Position numbers and translations under genes: made by a program. From a virus (lineage: Duplodnaviria > Caudoviricetes), in the IMG/VR virus record IMGVR_UViG_3300010373_000054, positions 1-56,806 of that record: a stretch of DNA of 56,806 nucleotides; one strand, given 5' to 3'. This document shows positions 1-7,734 of the stretch, one piece after another (the first letter of the stretch is position 1; each line of letters opens with the position of its first letter). The notes beneath the pieces are model-generated. The model ran no database searches. It had not been told where the DNA came from and worked only from the letters and a program-made list of their open reading frames with translations.

Positions 1-1
1 C

Positions 2-1165
2 AACAAGGCGTGGTTGTGGAAAAAGTCTAAAGCTGCTGAAGCCGCTTATGAACATATGATTTCTTATGATGGTCTACAGACTGTTGTAATGAACATTGAC
101 GCTGCGAAGACTCCTTCAGGCAAAGCATTGCTTGAAAAGTTTATCAAGAGGCATAAAGGCCGAATAAATTTTGGTATTGATGAAGCTCATCTGATTGGAA
201 ATCCATCCAGCCAAAGACACAAGGTTTGTGTTAAGTTGGCTTCAATGTGTCGGTGGAAAGCTGTTTTGACAGGTACGCCGATCACAAAGGATTTGATTAG
301 TGTGTTTGGAATTTTCCAATTCCTTAATCCATCAATCATAGGCTATAAGTTCATTACAGGCTTCAAACGTCAATATTGTGAAACGCGTTGGAATGGCTTT
401 GCCGATCAAATCGTAGGTCACAAAAACATTGAAGATTTGTATAAGAAAATTGAAGCATATTCTTCTCGTGTTTCACAGGAAGAAATGGGCCTTGAGAAAG
501 TTCGTGATGAATTTGTTTTCGACATGTCGGCTGAACAAAAGAAGCATTACGATCTTGTCAAAAACGAATGGCTTACAAAGCTTGACAATGGCGAATTTGC
601 TACTGTTTCAATTGCATTGTCTGCGGCTCTTAAAATGCAGCAGATTAGCAATGGCTTCCTTGTCGGTGATGATGGAACTTATCAGTTCCTTGATAACGCA
701 AGAATGCACGCTTTGAATGCTTGGCTTGAGACTATGCCAGAAGATGAAAAGATTGTTATTTGGTGCCGTTTTAAAATGGACGCTGAATTGTTGATGAAGA
801 ACTTTGGCAACAAAGCCGTTGATTTGTCTGGTAATGTTACCAGTGATCAAAAGGTTGCAAACAAAGATGCATTCATTGCTGATCCGTCAATTCGTTTCTG
901 TGTGGCAACACCAGATTCAGCAGGAACAGGAACGGACGGCCTACAACATGTTTGTACTCGTGCAATCTATTATTCTTCTTCTGAACATTACGTAAACCGT
1001 AAGCAGTCTGAAGATAGAACATTGCGTGTTGGTGGTAGCAGTGTCGCTTACTATACTGATTTGATTTGCCGTGGCGCTCCAGACAGAAAGATTCTGAAGA
1101 ATCTTAAAGGTAAGCGCGACTTGTCAACTTATACACTTGATGACATTAGGGAGATGTTTGCATGA
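2..1165 (+). CDS. SNF2/DEAH-family helicase (5' truncated by window)
   Basis: GIDEAH (motif II), LTGTP (motif III), C-terminal GTGTDGLQ and QSEDRTLRVG; frame open to window edge. Confidence 0.9.
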   Translation, partial: NKAWLWKKSKAAEAAYEHMISYDGLQTVVMNIDAAKTPSGKALLEKFIKRHKGRINFGIDEAHLIGNPSSQRHKVCVKLASMCRWKAVLTGTPITKDLISVFGIFQFLNPSIIGYKFITGFKRQYCETRWNGFADQIVGHKNIEDLYKKIEAYSSRVSQEEMGLEKVRDEFVFDMSAEQKKHYDLVKNEWLTKLDNGEFATVSIALSAALKMQQISNGFLVGDDGTYQFLDNARMHALNAWLETMPEDEKIVIWCRFKMDAELLMKNFGNKAVDLSGNVTSDQKVANKDAFIADPSIRFCVATPDSAGTGTDGLQHVCTRAIYYSSSEHYVNRKQSEDRTLRVGGSSVAYYTDLICRGAPDRKILKNLKGKRDLSTYTLDDIREMFA

Positions 1166-1437
1166 TAACAGAAGATTGGAGAATAAAGAATAATGGTGGT
1201 AAGTGGTGGCATACAAGTGACCACCATTCACCAAACCTAACTAAATCTTCATTGGGAGAGTTCTTTCACCACGTAATAAGAGTTGGAGCGCAAATAGGCT
1301 CTGTGTGGTGTATGGATAAAAATTATAATAGAAGCACAGTTCTTGTAACTGTTTTTATGACTGATGAAATGAAAAATGAACTTGAAGATAGTTTTAAATA
1401 TAGATTTAAGCCGCCAACTGAAGTTTGCTTAAATTAA
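1162..1437 (+). CDS. hypothetical protein
   Basis: ATGA overlap with helicase stop, AGGAG SD upstream. Confidence 0.7.
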   Translation: MITEDWRIKNNGGKWWHTSDHHSPNLTKSSLGEFFHHVIRVGAQIGSVWCMDKNYNRSTVLVTVFMTDEMKNELEDSFKYRFKPPTEVCLN

Positions 1438-1443
1438 GAGACT

Positions 1444-1474
1444 AAAAAAGGGGCTTAAAAGCCCCTTTTATTTT
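1444..1474. terminator. bidirectional intrinsic terminator
   Basis: AAAAAAGGGGCTT-AA-AAGCCCCTTTT between convergent genes. Confidence 0.85.
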
Positions 1475-1509
1475 ATTCAGATTTCTATAGGATCAGGCAT
1501 GTAATCACC

Positions 1510-2616
1510 TCAAATCAGATTAACAAAACTGCGTGAATCTTCGCCTTTTTCAAAGTCGTATGTTATTGAAGTCAATCTTCGCTTAGATACATACCCACCA
1601 TTCGCAGAGTAAGCATCTCTAGTTGCGATAGTATTGAATCCTTCAACATCAACCCCTCCAAACTCTTTGTTTTGTTTGCTATGGAAGTGACCATGCAACA
1701 AGTGTCGAAATTTTGTTTGCCCCCACCATTCGCTATATTCAGAAGCCAATGCCATTGCAGCACGTTCCTCTTTCATGGTATGACCATGGAACATACCAAT
1801 AAGGTTTACACCATATTTATACGCTTTAAGCTGTCGCGGACTATCATCGATAACAATTCGATCATCGTCTTTAGAGAACATCTTCAAAGCAATATTCAAT
1901 GCAACTGTAGCATCAGGATCATGATTACCGGCAACGTTGCGGAACACAACACGCTTATGCTTACTCAAAGCAATGTCAATGATATTAACAAAAACTTCAA
2001 CAGCCGTATAAATTATCTTCTGATATCGCGAATCAACATCAAGGATATGTCCCGAAGCTGGAGTCATGTTCTTTGAATCGTTGATATGAATTGCATCACC
2101 AAGATTGACAATCAAACATTCATTTGTTGGTTCTGACTTTTCGACAAGCTTCGCGAACGTTTCAATAGCTGTTTGTTTAGCAATCTTCAAATCATAATCA
2201 TCGCCGCATTCTTCGCCCCAAGCCTGCATACCAAAATGCAAATCAGCAAGAGGATAAACAGTCATCTTGTAATCATTAACTACGTCTGGCGACTTCTGAA
2301 AATCAGAATAATATTCAATATCCTTGAAAGCTTCAGTGAAGTATTCGGCAAGCTGTTCTACATCAGGACCATCAACACGAGTTTTAACCCACTGTGCGCG
2401 AACGTTTCCGTTCTCGTCATATAGAGTGCTTACACCTTTAACATTGTGACCATATGGAACAGACTTCAATGATAGGCCGTCATTTCCTGTTAGCGCTGCT
2501 TTTTCCAGATAGCGACCAACGGTCCTATGAGATACGCCAAGTTCACGAGCAACCTTAGCCTTATTTCCGTATTCTGCGTATAGACGCGCTGCATTTTTAA
2601 TAATATCGAAATCCAA
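1510..2616 (-). CDS. N-terminal HTH + calcineurin-like metallophosphoesterase
   Basis: DLHFG, LGDAIH, GNHD, HGH and HGHFH motifs; HTH 'KVARELGVSHRTVGRYL'; TTG start. Confidence 0.85.
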   Translation of the reverse strand: MDFDIIKNAARLYAEYGNKAKVARELGVSHRTVGRYLEKAALTGNDGLSLKSVPYGHNVKGVSTLYDENGNVRAQWVKTRVDGPDVEQLAEYFTEAFKDIEYYSDFQKSPDVVNDYKMTVYPLADLHFGMQAWGEECGDDYDLKIAKQTAIETFAKLVEKSEPTNECLIVNLGDAIHINDSKNMTPASGHILDVDSRYQKIIYTAVEVFVNIIDIALSKHKRVVFRNVAGNHDPDATVALNIALKMFSKDDDRIVIDDSPRQLKAYKYGVNLIGMFHGHTMKEERAAMALASEYSEWWGQTKFRHLLHGHFHSKQNKEFGGVDVEGFNTIATRDAYSANGGYVSKRRLTSITYDFEKGEDSRSFVNLI

Positions 2617-2654
2617 AACAATAAAACCCTTCCACTGTGTTAAAAGATGTTAAT

Positions 2655-2683
2655 CTCTTAGCATAATGAAAGGGTTATGTCAA
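2655..2683 (-). promoter_or_regulatory. sigma70-like promoter overlapping an RBS-occluding hairpin
   Basis: TTGACA-N17-TAAGAG with TG extension; hairpin 2625-2676. Confidence 0.55.
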
Positions 2684-3009
2684 CGTTCCATAAGGATTTT
2701 TCTAACCTCACGAAATTCGTCTGTGAGGTTTTTAATGTTCTCAGCAAGCTGCCTGTTTTGCTCTGTCATGCGATCAAGAATTCTACTCTCAACATCAGCA
2801 ATCATGGTCTTTGGTGCATATTCTTTTGCGATAGCAAGCTGCATCTCAACCATTGTATTTTCTAAGTGTGTGATTTTTTCTGTGTTAGATTGAATCTTAG
2901 AAGCGTTAGTTTCGGATCGGCTTTTCAAACTAACCCACTGAACGATGAAGCCAACAACAATAGAACCAAGGGCAATGATTGTGCTGATAGAGATATTTAA
3001 ATCAAACAT
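2680..3009 (-). CDS. putative holin / single-TM coiled-coil lysis protein
   Basis: N-terminal TM then coiled coil; last gene of lysis cassette. Confidence 0.5.
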   Translation of the reverse strand: MFDLNISISTIIALGSIVVGFIVQWVSLKSRSETNASKIQSNTEKITHLENTMVEMQLAIAKEYAPKTMIADVESRILDRMTEQNRQLAENIKNLTDEFREVRKILMER

Positions 3010-3218
3010 CAATCCCACCACCCTTTAGCCTTGCCATAAGCATTGTTTTTGGCTATCGTCTTTGCCGCACCAATATCATTTTCAACAAGATATTTGGCAG
3101 TAGGGGAAAGCATTTCAACCTTTTTGAATTCTGTATGCTGATCACTTACGGCAATCGTCTGGCAACCCACCAAGGACGATGCACAAATCAGAGCCAGACA
3201 TAGCATCAATTTCCGCAT
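3009..3218 (-). CDS. o-spanin (Rz1-like lipoprotein)
   Basis: signal peptide with lipobox LVGC; overlaps i-spanin 3' end in another frame. Confidence 0.75.
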   Translation of the reverse strand: MRKLMLCLALICASSLVGCQTIAVSDQHTEFKKVEMLSPTAKYLVENDIGAAKTIAKNNAYGKAKGWWD

Positions 3219-3381
3219 CAGTCTTTCCTTTTAATTTTGAGTTGTCTTCTTTGCTCTTTGCCAGAGCAACAGCGATAGCGGCTTTACCGGCTTCATATCC
3301 ATTAGAATATTGCTTAGGGCCAATATACATCAGCCCCGCAACAATACCCAATGCAACACCGATGATTACAAGGTATTTCAT
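3142..3381 (-). CDS. i-spanin (Rz-like)
   Basis: N-terminal TM + helical periplasmic part, directly after endolysin. Confidence 0.7.
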   Translation of the reverse strand: MKYLVIIGVALGIVAGLMYIGPKQYSNGYEAGKAAIAVALAKSKEDNSKLKGKTDAEIDAMSGSDLCIVLGGLPDDCRK

Positions 3382-3392
3382 TTTCCCAACCT

Positions 3393-4280
3393 TTATTCGA
3401 AAAGTTTTTCAATCCCTTTCTTTACAGCCGGGATCGTGATAAGAGCGTAAATAGCAACACCCATGACGCCAAGAACAAGAGCAAGTTGCGCGCCCCAATG
3501 AAGGCCACCAAAACCAAGCATAGGAGCGGCGGCTAGAACACTGCCCCAAGTCCAAGTTCTTGTTTTCTTAAGGACTGGTTTATCAGCTTCTTTACCAGCA
3601 TCAGAAATTTCATGTTTAACCTCTTCAGGTGTTTCTTCAGGAACCAAAATAGGTGTAGATTCTACCACACTTTCTTGTTTTTGTCCAACGTTTTCTACTC
3701 CATAACCTTCGGCAATAAGTAGCTTTTCGAAAGATCGTGCATATTCTGCAATACGATCACCCATCTTCTTGCCGTTATCAACCTTGTTTTTGTCGCCATT
3801 AATAATAGCACGAGCATTGAAATAATCGCTCTTGGAAAGTGTGATGTAATCTGACAACTTCTTGCCAGTAAACCAACCTTCTTTCATGCCACGTAGCATA
3901 ATCAAAGTTGCATATTCAAGTTCCATTACTTTCGAAGGACTTTTTACAAAGTCAACGCCAAGCTCTTTCTTTGCTTTTGCATAATTATCTTCATGCGTAA
4001 GCTGAACATAACCCCGACCAAAGAATCCAGAAGTCCAGTAATCTTTTTTAACCCAAGAAAGTTGACCTTTCTTGAAAGCATTAGTCAAACGCGATTTAAC
4101 CGTTGCATCTGAAACCGTTGTTTCTGTTGGCTTCTGTGTCTCTTTAATTGGCTTGATAGTATGCCAAGTCTCGTGATATGCTGTGGATAAAACATAAGCT
4201 AACTCGTTTCGAAGAAAGCCCATCTCTTTTGCGATTTTAATGATATATCTTGAATCGCCTAAATCTAAATTTATTGTCAT
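3393..4280 (-). CDS. endolysin, GH19/lysozyme-like, with hydrophobic C-terminus
   Basis: AYVLSTAYHET and FFGRGYVQLT..NY motifs; ARAIING; C-terminal TM segment(s). Confidence 0.85.
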   Translation of the reverse strand: MTINLDLGDSRYIIKIAKEMGFLRNELAYVLSTAYHETWHTIKPIKETQKPTETTVSDATVKSRLTNAFKKGQLSWVKKDYWTSGFFGRGYVQLTHEDNYAKAKKELGVDFVKSPSKVMELEYATLIMLRGMKEGWFTGKKLSDYITLSKSDYFNARAIINGDKNKVDNGKKMGDRIAEYARSFEKLLIAEGYGVENVGQKQESVVESTPILVPEETPEEVKHEISDAGKEADKPVLKKTRTWTWGSVLAAAPMLGFGGLHWGAQLALVLGVMGVAIYALITIPAVKKGIEKLFE

Positions 4281-4308
4281 TGACTTTTCTTTCTTTTAAT
4301 TTTATCAA
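4280..4308 (+). promoter_or_regulatory. promoter for HNH gene, predicted leaderless mRNA
   Basis: TTGACT-N17-TATCAA; predicted +1 falls on ATG at 4315; no SD. Confidence 0.45.
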
Positions 4309-4314
4309 ACGTTT

Positions 4315-4782
4315 ATGAAAACGCTAGAAGATAGATTTTGGAATAAGGTTGATAAACGTTCTGTTGATGAATGTTGGTATTGGAATGGATATCGTGACAA
4401 ATTTGGTCACGGTCAAATAGGATTAGGGAGGAGAAATGAAGGCTTGATATATACTCATAGACTTTCATACGAACTTCACAACGAAGTTAAAATTGACGCA
4501 AATTTGTGCGTATGTCATAAATGCGATATCCCTTATTGTGTAAATCCAAAACATCTTTTCTTAGGTTCTAAGAAAGACAATTCTAATGATATGGTTTCAA
4601 AGGGTAGGCATACTTATGGAGAAAAACAGCCAAATTCTAAATTGAAAGAGGTTGATGTCATTAATATAAGAAAAATGTATTCATATGGTGGATATTCTCA
4701 AGCAGATATATCTAAAATTTATGGAGTGACCAGAACTTTAATTGGTTTAATAATTAACAAAAAGAGGTGGGGCCATGTTTAG
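4315..4782 (+). CDS. HNH homing endonuclease with C-terminal HTH
   Basis: ECWYW, HRLSY, VCHKCD..CVNPKHL, N..DM motifs; opposite strand to flanking operon. Confidence 0.9.
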   Translation: MKTLEDRFWNKVDKRSVDECWYWNGYRDKFGHGQIGLGRRNEGLIYTHRLSYELHNEVKIDANLCVCHKCDIPYCVNPKHLFLGSKKDNSNDMVSKGRHTYGEKQPNSKLKEVDVINIRKMYSYGGYSQADISKIYGVTRTLIGLIINKKRWGHV

Positions 4783-4845
4783 CCCCATTTCTTTTGCGAT
4801 TTTGATAATATGGCGGCTGTCGCCAATATCAAGACTAATGGTCAT
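4747..4845 (-). pseudogene. orphan 5' fragment of the endolysin gene
   Basis: encodes MTISLDIGDSRHIIKIAKEMG, matching endolysin start MTINLDLGDSRYIIKIAKEMG, then runs into HNH antisense and stops at 4747. Confidence 0.85.
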
Positions 4846-4849
4846 TTAT

Positions 4850-5272
4850 TTATTCTCCTGATAATATTTCTGAAGCTCTTGCTTCACCGAATAGCTGATT
4901 TGCTATCTGCTCAAGCAGCGGCCAAAGCTCATGATCAGAGCGGAATGTTGCAGCAGTTTCGAATATCTTACGAGTACGAAAAGGCTGCGTTGCCATAGCT
5001 TCATTCACCTGATCAGCCTCGGCTTCTGTCAATCTTTCCCACAATGTGACAGCTGGCAGGATAGTGACAACCGGCTGAGGTTCGGGAGTTGGCGGCTCGT
5101 ATTCAACCACACGCCCGTTTTCCCATTTCCTAAAGCCAGTATTGTCAATAAATTCCAGCCATTGTTCGTCGGTTATTTCAATAGCACCAACCGGCACTTC
5201 CGGAGTGTGATTGTCCTGCCAATAAAAAGCGGTTGGGAAGCCGCTTTCGTCAAACATTGCAAATTTTGACAT
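4850..5272 (-). CDS. tail fibre assembly/chaperone-like protein
   Basis: 'VPVGAIEITDEQWLEFI' Tfa-like motif; follows fibre gene; higher GC. Confidence 0.65.
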   Translation of the reverse strand: MSKFAMFDESGFPTAFYWQDNHTPEVPVGAIEITDEQWLEFIDNTGFRKWENGRVVEYEPPTPEPQPVVTILPAVTLWERLTEAEADQVNEAMATQPFRTRKIFETAATFRSDHELWPLLEQIANQLFGEARASEILSGE

Positions 5273-6273
5273 TAGGCCTTACCTCTCGCATACCAACGGA
5301 TATTGCCAACTGTTAGCGGTCCTGATCCGCTCGTACCATTAATGAGACGGCACCAAACAACTTGACCCGTTCTTCGGTCTACTCCCCAATCCCATGATTG
5401 GTAGATTACTGGTGTAAAATTGACTGAGTTCCAATCCGTTAGGAGGGTTGGAATAAAAACAGAAATGCTCCCGAAAGCACGCGGATAAGTAATATTGGCT
5501 CCTCCACCGCTATCCAGTGTCGTTACCTCTCCCCATTGCTCCATTTCACCATTCGGCCAAATAACACCACCATTGGTCACTGTTCCGAACACTTCACCGC
5601 CCATAGCTGTCATCATCGCGGCACCTGTTGATGCGGCCATGAATGTGCGGGCGCGCAAGGTTAAAGGCGTAAGGGCAGCTGCTGTATCGCTGTAGAAAAA
5701 CGGCATACTGTTTTCCACGGGCGATCCAGCTAGATTAAGCAGTGCAATTGCAGCTGTTGTAATATCGCTCAACGCAAGGTCGCCGTTGGCATCCGTATTC
5801 AGAAGCTTATTTGCAGCCAACGTAAGCGCCGCCAGCTTCGCCAGACTGCTGTTTGGGTCTTGGATACCAAAGGTTGATGGGTCTGCTAACGTCATAGCAC
5901 CCGGACCTGTAAAAATAGGAACTCTATTAGGAGCACCGACAAGAGCCGCCAAAGCCTCAACATTGCCGCTTGTCATAGTCTGCAAAAGCTGTCTTACTGC
6001 TGGATAATAGCCAGTGTCGTAAGGAGTAAACTGAATCTCATAAGCTGCCGCCGTTTGTGCATCTCCCTGCCAAGGATAAGCAAGTGTAAGGCTAGTGTTG
6101 CTTTCAACAGAAAGAATTCTTACACCATCACCTTTATGTGTTCCAAATATATCGTTAGCTCTAATTGAGCTAGTCCATTGTGTGCCTTGACCTGTTACAA
6201 CGGTTCCACCATTCGCAACTGTTGCTGTTCCAGTATTATAATAACTCTGATCAATATCAATTGCCATTGTCAA
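5272..6273 (-). CDS. tail fibre protein
   Basis: 'YNTGTATVANGGTVVTGQGTQW' anchor; C-terminal 'WPNGEMEQWG...ITYPRAF' gp53-like domain. Confidence 0.8.
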   Translation of the reverse strand: MTMAIDIDQSYYNTGTATVANGGTVVTGQGTQWTSSIRANDIFGTHKGDGVRILSVESNTSLTLAYPWQGDAQTAAAYEIQFTPYDTGYYPAVRQLLQTMTSGNVEALAALVGAPNRVPIFTGPGAMTLADPSTFGIQDPNSSLAKLAALTLAANKLLNTDANGDLALSDITTAAIALLNLAGSPVENSMPFFYSDTAAALTPLTLRARTFMAASTGAAMMTAMGGEVFGTVTNGGVIWPNGEMEQWGEVTTLDSGGGANITYPRAFGSISVFIPTLLTDWNSVNFTPVIYQSWDWGVDRRTGQVVWCRLINGTSGSGPLTVGNIRWYARGKA

Positions 6274-6460
6274 TTACCTCTGATTTCACTACTGGCACTC
6301 CTTCATTCTCATCTTGAGAAATAATGTCTTCCAGTTCTTGAATTTTTGCTTGCTGAACATAAGCCATTTGGGAATGACCAAGGGCGCGATTACGCCAAAA
6401 TTCAGCTAACGCTTCCGCCTCTCTTATGGCAACTTCAGGCGATATATTAATTTGTTTCAT
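6257..6460 (-). CDS. hypothetical tail-region protein
   Basis: in-operon ORF with SD. Confidence 0.65.
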   Translation of the reverse strand: MKQINISPEVAIREAEALAEFWRNRALGHSQMAYVQQAKIQELEDIISQDENEGVPVVKSEVIDNGN

Positions 6461-6469
6461 CGTCTTCCT

Positions 6470-6832
6470 TTAAATAAATAGATTGTCAACCAAAACGGCA
6501 TATGTTATTTGTCTTGTCGGCGCTCCAGATTGAACATCGTTTCTTATATACATATAATTGAATGGTGGCGATGTTTCCGCACAAAACGTTTCTCTATCCG
6601 GGGCTGTTCCATCAGTTGCACCTAAAATAACATATGGTAGTCTTTGACTAGGGTTATTGAAATTAACAGTTATTCTCTGTCCACCCGGAATAGTAACTGT
6701 GTCTTGTGCTGCAAGAGACATAGAAGACATTCCGGGGTATAGTGTAAGCTGCGATTCGTTTGCAACATTAACATCGATCCCCGGTTTTGATATTCTAGCT
6801 CCACTTGCATCAAATCTAATTCTGTCTGTCAT
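6470..6832 (-). CDS. tail-tip accessory protein (SKPG family, copy 3)
   Basis: MTDR...RISKPG N-terminus; downstream of central fibre gene. Confidence 0.65.
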   Translation of the reverse strand: MTDRIRFDASGARISKPGIDVNVANESQLTLYPGMSSMSLAAQDTVTIPGGQRITVNFNNPSQRLPYVILGATDGTAPDRETFCAETSPPFNYMYIRNDVQSGAPTRQITYAVLVDNLFI

Positions 6833-7257
6833 GCGCCTATAAACTCATCTGCTCTATTTTTGAAAATAAGTACCCGCGCTCTATAATTACCTCCGAAAGT
6901 GGAAGCGGCTGTTGTGTAAATCCACACATGACCATCTTGCAGTTGCCAATCCCAAAAATTATTCATTTCTGTTGTAGCAGGGTTTCTATCATTCGGATAA
7001 AAAACGCGATTTAGAGATGTGTGTGTAATACTCAAGAAAGCCATAGGCAAATAACCAAGAGCCGGAAAGCTATAATCACCCCAATGATAGTTATTGGTTC
7101 TGTTCAATTGCTGATCAACTACAGCATGAACCCGTAAATAATCGCCATCTGAAGAAAACGAGCTTCTTGAAGTAAGATTGCTTGCATTAACACCGGGAGG
7201 TGTAATTCTTAGAAGTTGCCTTCCTTGTGTTTGGCCTAGAAAAAGTCTTTCACTCAT
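6829..7257 (-). CDS. tail-tip accessory protein (SKPG family, copy 2)
   Basis: MSER...RITPPGVNAS...FSSD. Confidence 0.65.
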   Translation of the reverse strand: MSERLFLGQTQGRQLLRITPPGVNASNLTSRSSFSSDGDYLRVHAVVDQQLNRTNNYHWGDYSFPALGYLPMAFLSITHTSLNRVFYPNDRNPATTEMNNFWDWQLQDGHVWIYTTAASTFGGNYRARVLIFKNRADEFIGA

Positions 7258-7724
7258 GATTGATACACTATTAAAGTTCCAAATTTATCTACGCCAGCAA
7301 CAAGAGTATCTATGATTTCACATCTATCATTATAAACCCTGAAGCTGTTATTCGGTGTTTGAGAACTACCACCACCGGGAGCAGTCTGCCAAGCTGAATT
7401 AAACATGGGTAGATTCTTATTCGGTTGTTGTGAGAAATTAGAAAAAGGTGCTGTTGCGTCTTTAGCATTTGTATTATATCCACCCCAAAACCAAGAATAT
7501 TTTGGAACATGATCTAAAGCATATGGAAACATTACAGTTCTATTTTGCCTTGTAACACCTCCGTAGCTAAAATAAACTCTAAACATCCAACGAATTCCAG
7601 CACCATTAAACCAATCACTGTCAAACGTCTTGTAAATATAATCCAGTGAAGGTGATGCATTATACCCCGGCTTAGAGGTAATAAGCCGGGGTGGATTATC
7701 TTTCATATATAGTCTATCTGCCAT
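7254..7724 (-). CDS. tail-tip accessory protein (SKPG family, copy 1)
   Basis: MADR...TSKPGYNAS...FDSD. Confidence 0.65.
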   Translation of the reverse strand: MADRLYMKDNPPRLITSKPGYNASPSLDYIYKTFDSDWFNGAGIRWMFRVYFSYGGVTRQNRTVMFPYALDHVPKYSWFWGGYNTNAKDATAPFSNFSQQPNKNLPMFNSAWQTAPGGGSSQTPNNSFRVYNDRCEIIDTLVAGVDKFGTLIVYQS

Positions 7725-7734
7725 AATTTATCCT

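Noticed and set aside
4281-4845. Group I intron in the endolysin gene
   Set aside because: HNH is antisense, there is no room for a ribozyme core, and the downstream gene has a complete N-terminus of its own
5272-7724. Diversity-generating retroelement or invertible fibre cassette
   Set aside because: No reverse transcriptase, invertase, TR/VR pair or flanking inverted repeats seen
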